Of a DNA stretch of 64,000 nucleotides, positions 48,061-59,793 are shown piece by piece (position 1 is the stretch's first letter; every line of letters starts with the position of its first letter). The stretch lies in NCBI RefSeq assembly GCF_009914755.1, contig NC_060926.1, one strand, 5' to 3'. A model generated the notes under the pieces. That model saw nothing but the letters and a program-made list of their open reading frames with translations. It was not told the origin of the DNA and searched no databases. This stretch comes from the human T2T-CHM13v2.0 reference genome, Homo sapiens. The position numbers were made by a program, and so were the translations under genes.

Positions 48061-49239
48061 GACCAAGGTCATATTCAAAACCCCAAATTTAGCAGTCTAA
48101 CACTGAATTCCACCAAATAAGTTGATTTTTTCCAAACCACTCTTATTTTTAAATGCTGCTAGAATAAGAGGTGACAGAAAGAAGCCCTGAACGCTTTTCT
48201 GACAACTCTCCACGAAAAGAATGCTTCATTTTAACTTGGATTTATATGGAAAGTGCTTCTTGTTACAAAACTAAGAAAAGAATATTACATGTATGACTAT
48301 GTGTGTATTTGTGTATGTATGCATGACAAAACTGTAGGGTCAGCAATATATGTTAAATTAAATTGCACCTGCAAGCAGCAAAACAAAAGAACTTGACTTT
48401 TATTTTATTTAGGATTTACATTTTTATTTTATTTAGGATTAAAATTTAAATCCTCAAACTCTATAATTTTCACTCAAGATGCACTCAGGTATCAATGGAA
48501 AACGTTAATAGAGGTAAATATTTTGCAGTCAACACCAAAGCCTTAAACCTGAGCTCAAATGTATACATATATAGGGTTTTCCACCCAGTAAATGTGAATA
48601 CATTTTACTCTTTGTCCATGGCAGAGATCCTTGAAAAACTGATTCTACATGCCAGTGATGTAATTTCACAGAACTCAAGAAAGGAACAACACTGATCGGC
48701 AAAACCCCCGATACCACTCTAGCCCAGCCAAGTTGCTTCATAATTCCATCACCATAAAACAATGAAGAATACAAAACATCAATGCATAGCTCTCTCTAAT
48801 CAAATTTGCATTCTTTGAAAAGAAAAGTCCAGTTCCATAATGGAGAAAACCCCAAGTAATGAAATGAGGAATCTACCTACTTGCTAAATTGAAAATTCTT
48901 TATGAGCACAACCAAACTGAGATTATTTACATGCTTATAGACTCTCACAATGTTTTCCCAAGAGGGATTACATTTCCCATTCCAAAAGAGAGAAACACAG
49001 AACTGCATTTATCTGGAAAATAGTATGCTGTGATTCGGTAAAGCCTACTGTCTCAAATGGGAGTTACTTCAACATGCATTTTTTTTATTACACACATATC
49101 AAAACAAGCATTTTTCATACTCCATACCCATTAGTTTAGGATTTGTTCTCATGGTTAAAAAAAAAATAGCAGCTGGAAACTGAAATCATGCAAAAATACT
49201 GTTTTTAACCCTAAAGTTACATGTTTGTATAATATATAT

Positions 49240-49480
49240 TCATTCATTCAAAATAATATTGATCATTTACCACATAGCAAACATGGTACTACATACAGCA
49301 GTATGTAAAATACATGGGAGTCTTACCCTCATGTAGCTTGAAGTATTATGGAGTAGAAAGTAAACACACTAATAAATACCTAATTACAAATACTGATGGA
49401 TGCAACACAAATAATAAACAGCCATGAGGAAGAGGTTCGCTTCAGACTGTATGGTCAGGGAAAGTGTCTGGGGAAAGGGT
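49240..49480 (-). mobile_element. L2 3' region
   Basis: cattcattcaaaataatattga...ccctcatgtagcttg...ggtcagggaa. Confidence 0.65.
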
Positions 49481-50249
49481 TTCAAAATGAAATGAGAAAA
49501 GTATTATCTTCAAACAACATGGCATTTGGTGAACTTTTGGCAGCACTAAGACACTCAAAGCAAGTAACCATTAGAAACGTAGAAGCTTTTTCCAAACCAG
49601 TACTCCAGACAACCACACACTGTAGAGTTCAGAGAGTACAAAACAGCAGATTCTTCAGAGATTCTAGCTTCTCATGCATATCATGCAATAGGGAATACCA
49701 AATTTTTCAGTGACACCTTGTACAAAAAAGCAAATATCTTTGTGGAAATTGACCATAATTTAAATCAGCAAGGAGTGTTCTTTGGGTAATCATCACCACC
49801 CTAAAAACACTCAGCCCTAATAAACTGGCAACCACCTTTTATGAAAACCCTCAAGAGTCCAAATTTCCCCAGCAGGAACTCATATAACTGCTGTGATGGA
49901 TTATATGTTGTTCTACATTTTCTCTCTTCAGAAAATCTTTGAAATCTTCTTCTCAGCACTTAGAGACAGCACATGATTTCAGAGGGAAGAAGTGGTGTAA
50001 ATTAAAAGAGACTCATTCTTTGCTTATTTCTGGTGGAGAGAATGATGTCAGGAAAGTAAAGATGTTGTGAGAGCACAGTTAGATAAACAATGATACAGAG
50101 ATGTATTGGAGTGCCAACTGCAGAAATGTTCTAGTGATGTAGGAAGGAATGGAATACCCAGCTAGATTCTGGGGAAGACAGCCCAGAAAGACCAGTGAAT
50201 GGAAAAATGAAGAGTAAGTCTGGATGAAGCTGTGACATGTAGTTGAGCT

Positions 50250-50990
50250 ACACACAGTGATTTGGATATCTACCAGGATGTATCCATTAAGAGAACTCTT
50301 ACTTATAAAACCCAATTTAAACTGACTTAAGCAAAATAATTTATTGGTTCACATGACTGAAAGGTCCAAGGGAGTATACTGAGCTTCAGATATAACAAGA
50401 GTTCAGAAGTTCAAATGATGTCATTGAAACCAAAATAGGCAGCTCTGCCTTGACGTTTGCTGGCTTCAATTGCTAAGTACAATGTGTTGACTTCTGACAG
50501 TTTCAGGCTTTCTCTTGTGGTAGCAAGATGTCTATTTTTTTTTCTTTTTGAGACAGGGCCTCACTCTGTCACCCAGGCTGGAGTGTGGTGGCATGATTAT
50601 ATCTTACTGTGGTCTTGAGCTCCTGGGTATAAGCTATCCTCCCTCTTCAGCCTCTTGAGTAGCCAGGACTACAGGCACGTGCCACCACATCCTGCTAAAT
50701 TTTTTTATATTTATATGTATTTTTGTAGAGACATGGTCTTGCTATGTTGACCAGGCTGGTTTCTAACTTCTGGCCTCAAACAATCCTCCTGTCTTGGCCT
50801 GCCCAAGTGCTAGGAATTGCAGGAATGAGTCACCACTCCCAGACAAGACGTTTAATTTTGAGTAAGAGACTTTTTCCCAGTATTTTCAGCAAGTGATTTA
50901 TTTTGTCTCACTGGCTCTGATTGGGTGTCATGTTTAACCTAAAGCAATACTTGTGTCGAGAGTAGAGTGATGCTCAGGTTATAGGTCAGG
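50250..50990. mobile_element. Old MLT1 (J/K-like) LTR split by AluJ
   Basis: aaactgacttaagcaaaa...tttattggttcacatgactgaaa; ctctgattgggtgtcatgt. Confidence 0.6.
50535..50844 (-). mobile_element. AluJ
   Basis: J-type ggtcttgctatgttg; degenerate TSD caagatgtcta/caagacgttta. Confidence 0.93.
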
Positions 50991-51501
50991 GTGAAGCTCC
51001 ACCAAACCAAATGAGCTGAAAATGGGGAGAGAGTGAGGACATCCAAGAAGATGTTCAAAGGGATGCCAGGAAGAATACCACACTGGGCTTCACTAAATAT
51101 ACAACAATTAAACTCTATACTTAGAATGTATACAGAAATAAGAAGGATTAGAAAAAAAGAAATTTGGGGAAAGTGCCCTTTTCCTGCAAAGTTCTGGAAT
51201 GTCAATGCCCAATAAAACAAAATTGTATAGGTTTACGTCAATGTCAGGGCATCAGCTTTCCTCTTGTATGAGCCCTACAAACATTTTCACAAAAAGACAT
51301 CCTAACAAGGAAGTATTCCTCTGCAGCTACAATCTGATATTTACTATACTATACCTTGTTCAACAGATTACTAGGCATCATGAGTTCTGAAACAAAACAT
51401 AAACACTTTAAAAAGTTATATTGAATACCCTTTTAGAATGTTATATTTTCACCTTAAGAATATTGTGGTGGAACCAGAATAGTCTCAAAGACCAGTTAAA
51501 G

Positions 51502-52026
51502 CAGGGGACCCCAACCCCTGGGCAATAGACCAGTACTGGTCCGTGGCCTGTTAGGAACCAAGCTACACAGCAGGAGGTGAGCGGCAGGCAAGTGAGGGAA
51601 GCTTCAACTTTATTTACAGCTGCTCCCCAACCCTCGCATTGCCACTTGAGCTCCACTTCCTGTCAGATCAGCGGCAGCATTACATTCTCATAGGAGCATG
51701 AACCTATTATGAACTGTGCATGCGAGGGATCTAGGTTGTGCACACTTCATGAGAATCTAATGCCTGATGATCTGTCACTGTCTCCCATCACCCCCAGATG
51801 GGACTATCTAGTTGCAGGAAAACAAGCTTAGGGCTCCCACTGATTCTACATTATGGCGAGTTGTATAATTATTTCATTATATATTACAATGTAATAACAG
51901 AAATAAAAATGCACACTAAATGTAATGTGCTTGGATCATCCCAAAACCATTTACCCCCACCCCATCCATGCAAAAATTGTCTTCCACAAAACCAGTCCCT
52001 GGTGCTGAAAAGGTTGGGGACCACTG
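51502..52026 (+). mobile_element. MER1A (hAT-Charlie), full length
   Basis: caggggaccccaacc...ggttggggaccactg TIRs, 525 bp; perfect 8-bp TSD agttaaag at 51494-51501 and 52027-52034. Confidence 0.96.
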
Positions 52027-52665
52027 AGTTAAAGTACAGACTGAAGTGGGGGGCAAGAAATAAAACTAAAAGCATTATACATTTTTGTTTGGGTAAGTGT
52101 TGACTGAAAAAAATGTACCAAAGAAATTTATTAATTAATAAACAATATAAGAGAACAAATATAGATTTAATAGAAACCAGAGGTTTGTTGAAAAATAGTG
52201 TATATAGCATAAGAAGGGAGAAGTTAAGAACCACTAATTTTAAAGATTAGCCGATAGTAATGATCTTTGCACAATTCAGAATAAGGTAAAAGATATCCAC
52301 TGAAATTGGAGCCCATTAAATTTAGAATAAAAAGAAATTTTACTTACCTCAGCTAATAATAAATGTAAGGAACTCATAAGCCTAATAGTGGTAAACCTGA
52401 AGACCTAAATAAAGCCCAAAACATATTTCCATTATGAATTACAGAATGATTAAGTGAAAGTGGCGTGCCTAGAACTTTAAGGATTCCATGGACGCTAACT
52501 GTGCCCTCTAATTTTGTGCCCATCGATGTCTTTGTCATTATTTCACAAGGCAGCATATAACAACTCTGTTGGTTAGAAAGTCCTTCTTAAATTTCAGCTA
52601 AAAACTGGTTACTTCCATCCTACCTTACAAACACACAGGAGAAAATCCGTTTAAAAAATTAAACC

Positions 52666-53306
52666 GGCCAGATGCAGTGGCTCATGCCTATAATCCCAAT
52701 GTTGCGGGACTTTCCTTTAGTTCAGCTAAAAACAGGTCCTTGTCCGTCCCATGGCCAAGAAAATTTAGGCTTGCAGACAGTTTGAACGGTGAGTGAGGCA
52801 GGGTTTTATTGGGTGTAAAGGAAGAAAAGGGGGAAACAGGAACTCTCGCAAGGACTGAGTCCCTCCGCTAGAGCGCTTCCTACCGAGCAGTTCGAATCCC
52901 AGGTTCCACACAGGAAGAGGAGAGGCCAGCCTCCTCCCTGCTGCAAACGTTGTGAACTTCCCGAGGCTCCACCTCAGAGGGAAGGCTGGTTGGAGTTTCT
53001 CCAGGGACCTTCTCCCACCTGGCTGTCTCACCAGCATTTTGGGAGGCCAAGTTGGGCGGATTGCTTGAGCCCAGGAGTTGGAGAACAGCCTGGGTGACAT
53101 AGTGAAACCCCATTTCTACAAAAACTACAAAAATTAGCCAGGCATGGTGGCACCCACCTGTAGTTTCAGTTGCTCAGGAGGCTGAAGTGTGAGGATCACT
53201 TGAGCTCAGGAGGCAGAGGTTGCAGTGAGCCAAGATCACGCCACTGCACTCCAGCCTAAACAACAGAACAAGATTCTGTCTCAAAAACAAACAAACAAAC
53301 AAAAAA
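52666..53306 (+). mobile_element. AluJ interrupted by an LTR
   Basis: 52666-52699 and 53031-53306 join into one dimer with an (aaac)n tail. Confidence 0.93.
52700..53030 (-). mobile_element. ERV1 solo LTR (MER61-like)
   Basis: TG...CA ends; minus strand begins tgagacagccaggtgggag; AATAAA on minus strand at 52805-52810; 4-bp TSD ccaa/ccag. Confidence 0.85.
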
Positions 53307-53593
53307 CAATAATTAAGCCCACTGATCTTTATGTGATCCAACAAATAGAGACTCAAATAGTATGGACCCCTTTGTTCAGGACACATATCTTCTATTAGTG
53401 CCCAAAAATCAAAACCCATTAACTTTATTGACAACTTACTCTTACTGAATTCTGTGTTGGATATTAATTTTTATCACCAGCATTCATTTTCACTCCCTTG
53501 TATGCCCTCTACTATATTGCTAAGCCAAAATCCAAGAAGGCTTCAAGTTCCAGAATCTTTTTCAGTAGGGTTCGAAATTAGATTATCTCCCCT

Positions 53594-54088
53594 TGTGGTA
53601 GGCTAAATAATATTCATCACTTCCCCCTCCAAGATATCCAGCTCCTGACCCCTGAAACCAGTTAATGTTACCTTATATGACAATAGAGGCTTTCCAGATG
53701 TTATTAAGAATATTGAGATGCCAAGATTATTCTGGATTATCCAGGTTGACCCTAGATGTAATCATAAAGGTCCTTATGAAATGGAGTCAGAGGGAGATTT
53801 GAGATAGAAGAAGGCAGTGTGATGATGGGAACAGGAAAAGGAAGACGGTGATGTGGTGCAAGACTGTGAGCAAGGAATGGGGATATTTTCTAGAAACTGG
53901 AAAAGGTAAGGAAATGGATTTGCCTCTGGAATCTCTGAAGAAGGCATGGCCCTACCAAGACCTTGATTTTAGCCAAGTGAAACCCATTTCAGACTTCTGG
54001 CCTCCAGAACTGTGAGGGAATAATGTATATTGTTTGACTCCACCATGTTTGTAGTAGTTTGTTACAGCAGCCACAGGAAACTAATATA
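53594..54088 (+). mobile_element. MLT1C/D solo LTR
   Basis: tgtggtaggctaaataat...agacttctggcctccagaactgtgag...ggaaactaatata; TSD cccct/ccccc. Flanks (~53450-54430) may be an older ERVL-type LTR. Confidence 0.9.
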
Positions 54089-54604
54089 CCCCCTCTATGT
54101 GAGGAGCTTTCACATGAAATTTGGAAGATGGAAGATAATCCAAGCCATTATTATTGTAGCAGTAAAGTGCAGGCACAGGGGACTTAACAGTAGCTTCCAT
54201 GATTTCTCCCATGACTCAGCTCATTTCATAATGAAGGTAACTGAATGCGTTGGCAGTGGGTATATGTAATTTTTGAAAAATTCTAATTTCCTGAAATCTA
54301 GAGACAGCTTTCCATAACTTTTAACACACCTCCAGCTCTTCCAGCTGATTTTAAGCTTCTGAATTTAAACCACTCTTGTTTGAAACATCTAAAGTACTTT
54401 CTGTTTTCTGGACTAACCTTGACTAATAACATCCACAATCTAAAAAGCCAGTGGCTTAATTATAATGAATATAAAATATTTCCATTCCAAAAGCTTAGTA
54501 AGTTCCTCATTTCTTTAATTAGGAGTCATGGAAGAGTTAAATATTTTCCAAAGCAATATAATTAAATGTGCATCAAGAGAAAAGTGTAACACTTAATATT
54601 TACT

Positions 54605-54910
54605 TACTCCCTCATTCATTCAACAAATATTTATTGAGCACCAATTTTGTGGGAGTTGCAATACACAATATGAGAACTATAATAATAAGAAAGATAAATG
54701 TGATTCCCACCAACACAGAGTGATAGTAAGAGGGTAAGAAAGGCAAATACATGGGCAATTAAATCTAGAGTATGACATTCTATGAAAGAGTAAGTAATAG
54801 GTGCTAAGGAAGTACACCAACATAGCAGGATCAGGAAATACTTCCTGAAGGAAGTTACATCTACGCTAAATTCAAAGGTATAACAGATTTTATGAAGGAT
54901 AAAATATAGA
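54605..54910 (-). mobile_element. L2 3' region
   Basis: tcattcattcaacaaatatttattgagcacc...cttcctgaaggaagttacat. Confidence 0.85.
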
Positions 54911-55399
54911 GAGAAGAAAAAATTATCATTTTCTCCCCAACTCACCACATCTGCCATTTGTCCATCCACCTATACCTGTGAATTCCAACATGACTCAAGT
55001 CATCTCCCTTTTTTTTCTGACTGTACTTATACATAGTAAATTATGCAGCAAGCAAAAGAAAATATTATTGAAATGCAATGAATATTTCCTCCAGTTATGA
55101 GTTCCTGAAATAAAGATCCAGAAAGCAGGGACAGTGATTTAAAGGGACAGTCAGGCATAAAGCAGGCTAAAATGTGGAAAATAGTTCTTGCTGCTGCTGC
55201 TATTACTGTTGTTGTTTAAAATGTCTTGTTAGTCAGCACAGGATGTTAAATATTTCTGAAACCAAATATCTATTCAGAATTCTGCAATTTACCACAGTCT
55301 CTGACCCTCCCTATTGTTTAGACTGAGTACTTTGCACATCTACAGTTATCAGGCCTCTCAAAGAATTTCCTTATGAATCTTACCATTAAGGAAAGGGGA

Positions 55400-55560
55400 C
55401 ACAGACTAAAGTCATAATAACCTGGGTTTCTATCTCAGTTCAACACTTACTGCATGTGTAATCTTGAACAAAGTATTCAAATTACCTGAGTCTTTCTTTA
55501 ACTGAACATTGAATTGATCTCTGCCTTGCATAGAAATAATGCCTGTGAAATGTCCAGCTT
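55400..55560 (+). mobile_element. MIR
   Basis: cctgggttt...cacttact...atcttgaacaa...cctgagtct. Confidence 0.6.
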
Positions 55561-57029
55561 GATAACTGGCCTGCCCTTTCTTTTCTTTTTTTTTCTTTAT
55601 TTCTTTTCTCCTTCCTTTCACTTTTTTTAAAAGATAATGCAATATGTAATTATTATTATCTAAACATCTTAGATATAGATTAAAACACTTTCTCAACTCG
55701 AATATGAACCTATTATTAGCACAGTCTCAAGAGGTTAAAGTTGAAATAATCTGTCAAACGGATCAAATAAGTGGGCACCATCCGGCCCCTATTTCCCCTT
55801 CTTCCACCACTATAGAAAAGTCTTCTTATGTAACATTTTCCTCTTTTTCAAATTTCCAATGATGACTGGAAAAAATTCTTCCTGGTTAGATTAGAAAACC
55901 CAATTTTCTAATGTGCTATTGCCCACTTCAAGTATTAAGTGAAGCTCCAAATAATGATAGCATTATATTAAAGTAATAGACAAAATAGTCTATATCATAC
56001 AAAACAAAAATAAGAATTAATTTTCAAAGAAAAATATTTTAAGTGATATTAGTTCTTTTATTCTTATTGTCTACTGGGAATGAAAAGAACTGCTTTTAAA
56101 TCATCGGACAGATTGGCCCCAGAGCAAGCAGTAAGAGCTAATTCAATAAAGCCTTGAAAAATTTCAAGGAACTGAGCAAACATGTCTAATAAAAGGAACA
56201 TAGATCCATAAAGAAAGAGAGAGAGGAGGAGGAGTAATAGAAGGAGAAGGACACTAGATCACACACACCAAGAAAGATTATATGGTGTAGTGAATGAAAC
56301 ACTGCATTGAATACAGGAATCAGTGGGTTCATTTATTGTGTGACATTGAAGGAGCAATGTTCATGCAAATGGTCATGTTCCAGGGTTTAAAAAGTAGAGC
56401 TCAGTATGGATGAGTCATCAAGAAATGTGTGGAGTACTCTGTGATTTTATTGATACTATAGAAAAAGGCATAATCTTCATTTTCATAATCTTTCCTACTT
56501 CAGAAGCCCTTTTCTTTATCACCCTAGATTATGAGAATCCAGAGGGCAAGAATTACCCCATTTAAAATTTTGTGCCCTGACAGATTTCCTAGAAGAATAT
56601 TTCAAACAAAACATGTGTATGTAAAATGGATTACAATCAAAACCCAGAGACAACTGAATGACTCCTAGCACACCATCATTGAGTGACATAAAGTTTTATC
56701 AATTGTCCATGTATGTAAAGCTTAATTGTATAGTGAAAATAAATAATAAACATCATAGCTCTTCAGTATTATGGTACTTCTTCTATGTGAGGCTGGGGAA
56801 AATGGCAACTTGTTGAGTCCTTCAAAAGCAACAATTTCTACTAAGTTAACATGAGACATTCACCTTCTGAAATAGCTAGAAGTCCTGAATGGACAATCAG
56901 CACCCTTTTCCCTACATTAGCATCATTAAATCTTTCAGATTCAGGAAATAAGGTATATGTGCCAGATTTGCAGACAATTTTGACACTTCAGTCTACCAAA
57001 AAAATATAAACTATTTTTAAAATACATGT

Positions 57030-57340
57030 GATTTTTAGGTCAGTAAAACTACTTTGTATGATACTGTAATCATGAATATGTCATTATAAATCTGTCCAAA
57101 CCCACAGAATGTACTACATCTGCAGTGAACCCTAATGTAAACTGTGTATTCTGGATGATAATGATGTATCAATGTAGGTTTATCAGTTGTAACAGATGTA
57201 CCACTCTAGTGGGGAATATGATAAGGGGAGATGCTATGCATGTATAGGAACAGTGAGTACATGGGAAATCTCTATACCTTCGGCTAAATTTTGCTATCTA
57301 TCTAAAACTACTCTAAAAAATAAAGTCTATTTTAAAAAAT
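57030..57340 (+). mobile_element. L1MC-type 3' end
   Basis: gtccaaacccacagaatgtac...gtgaaccctaatgtaaact...aaaaaataaagtctatt. Confidence 0.9.
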
Positions 57341-57409
57341 ACACGGAAACATAACTCTAGTCAAATTGTGTGGTTAGGTTTTTTATTGTTTGTTGTTTTT
57401 ATTAATGTG

Positions 57410-57575
57410 ACTATTTCTTTCCCTATAGCAAGAATTTCTTGAGAGCAGAGACTTTGATATATTCATCTTTGTTTTTGCAACTCCTGTCATGATGCCTAGC
57501 ATATAGAAGATATTTGATATACATTAGATGGATGGATGAGTAAGATGAATGGATAAGTAGTTATTCATGGATGAA
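57410..57575 (+). mobile_element. L2 3' end
   Basis: ttcttgagagcagagacttt...tgcctagcatatag...(ggat/gaat)n. Confidence 0.75.
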
Positions 57576-58118
57576 TTGTGGCAATGACAGGATATTTAGA
57601 AATATCCTGTAATTAAGAGAAATGGCTTATGTTGTTAAGTTCCCCCAGCAAACTTTCTTGCTTGAAGCATGGAAATTCCTAAGGTATTTTCTTTATTGGA
57701 GGATGGAGGGTTTTCTGATGTCCAGACTAACCCACAGAATGCCTTAGAGCCAGTGTATGAACTTAAATACTAGGACCTAAGGCACCAAGAAGAAAGACTA
57801 GAATATAGTGAGAGTGTACAGTCTGTGCAGATGAACAGAAAAGTAGAAGAGCAATTTTATCAAGGTTAAGGGCAAAATAATACAAATTAAAAGTCCAAGG
57901 CATAAATAAAAACATTCGTACCTCTGAGTTGGGGCACCGCTGCCACCCAAGGCGCCTTTATTAAAACTCTTCAAGACCATTGCATCACATGAAAAAGCAC
58001 TAGATTACTTAGGTTGACTAATTATCCTTATGTTGGAGATAACATGGTTTAGGTGTCATATGTTAAAAGAGGTAGTCTCATTACAGCTTGGAAAAATTCT
58101 TTCTAGAAAAACTAAGTT

Positions 58119-58285
58119 GGCCAGGCATGGTAGCTCATGCCTGAGATTCCAGCTACTCAGAAGGCTCGAGGTGGAAGGAGTGCTTGAGCCCAGGAGTTTG
58201 AGGGTATAGTAACTTACGAACACACCACTGCACTCCAGCCTGGGACAGAGTAAGCCTCCAACTCTTAATAAGTAAATAAATAAAT
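58119..58285 (+). mobile_element. FRAM/FAM free Alu monomer
   Basis: Single right-arm-type monomer with (taaa)n tail; flanks agaaaaactaa and agaaaactaa. Confidence 0.85.
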
Positions 58286-59762
58286 TAGCAGAAAACTAAA
58301 TGTTAAAAATTTCATGTAAAAAGAGAACATCTATAATTACATTGGCCATTTAGATCTGATTTATCGAAATGGAAACAACATCAAAATTTAGGCTTTTTAA
58401 GCATAAAATTAACGAATTTTATTAATACTGAAGGAGTGACTGGAGGTCTTCCCAGAGGTATGTCTAAATATTTACTGTCACATGTTCAAAAGTGTATATG
58501 TCACTTAGATCCATCTTGCTTAATATTTCTAACTAATTATGGTTACATACCAGAGATGAAGGAAGAAAATTATTCTAAAGAGCTAATCAAAATATAAAAG
58601 CCACATGTCATTAAAAATGCAAAATTAACACATAAATAGCTATTCTTAGAGTTGGAAAAAATTGTTCTAAAGGTAGTGATTTGCTTTACATTTCCAACAA
58701 ATATTACCATGACCATAGGAAACTCAATAAAGAAATGTCTGTGACTCTTAACAGTAAAAGCAAAACCATGGTTTTCTTCCTCAGTTGTAATGAATTGCAG
58801 ATTATTCTACAGTTATTGGAATGAATTGTTTTCTTACTAATGCAAAGTGGGGTTTTCTCTCTTGAGAATACTGCTATTCCATCCAGAAACTTTTTCAGGA
58901 GCTCATCATTGTTTGTTTGCTTATTTGTTACAAAGACACATTTTTAAGAATTATTTTCTCTTAGAATTGAACATAATCACTTTTCCTTTTATTTCCATGG
59001 TTGAAATATGTCTTTCTGTTGGCAAACGTGGCTCAGGAAAATGACTGACCTTTTCAAACAAAATGTATAATTTAAGAAATGTAAAACTTAACATTCTTTA
59101 GTAATCCAATATTAAAATACATTTAAGTTGATCTATAAAATGCTATGATTTCAACTATTCTTTTTTGAATCTGCAATAGAAAGACATTAACAATGCGTGT
59201 GGTTTAGAAAAATTCATTTATATAGCCGTTTGCCATGTCATGATGTATTTTAAACAAAAGAGGTACAGACAAAGGTATTGATTTTAGGGACTTAACTAAA
59301 TAAATAGTATGTAAATTGTGTCTGTTTCTATAAAATTAGATCAGAACACACATATTACACTGCCTTTTTCTATAAGAATGACAGCTATTGAATTTGGCAG
59401 ACATTGGAATTTGGTTAAAGAGTTACAGACCTTTGATCTTTGGTTTACAATTAAATGAAACCATTGTAAAAGGACAGTAGTGGGCCAGCCAATTTCTCAA
59501 GCACACTGCAGCAGCCAGGAGGCGTTATCGCTTAGTGCTGTCAAAAAATTCACTCTGCATTTGGTTTTGTTTCTAAGTCTCATGTCTTCTGGTAGATGAT
59601 GAAGATGGTGATGATGCCCTCATTAAAATACACAGTAACATATCAAGAACACACTTTGCTGTTTTTCTCTGTTAGTTTCAACCATATATCAATGCTGATC
59701 TACTCTACTTCTAAGTAATGTTATCATACCATGGGAAGTACTTGGCTCTTTTATATACATTT

Positions 59763-59793
59763 TTCTCAAGAAAATGTTTTATTTTCTTGAGAA
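59763..59793. repeat. Perfect 13-bp inverted repeat, 5-nt loop
   Basis: ttctcaagaaaat-gtttt-attttcttgagaa. Confidence 0.9.

Noticed and set aside
48398-48440. Short tandem duplication ttttattttatttaggatt
   Set aside because: Ordinary slippage duplication in AT-rich, probably old L1-derived sequence; not an array.
52593-52736. 13-bp direct repeat ttcagctaaaaac, one copy inside the LTR
   Set aside because: It does not flank an element, so it is not a TSD; plausible chance match.
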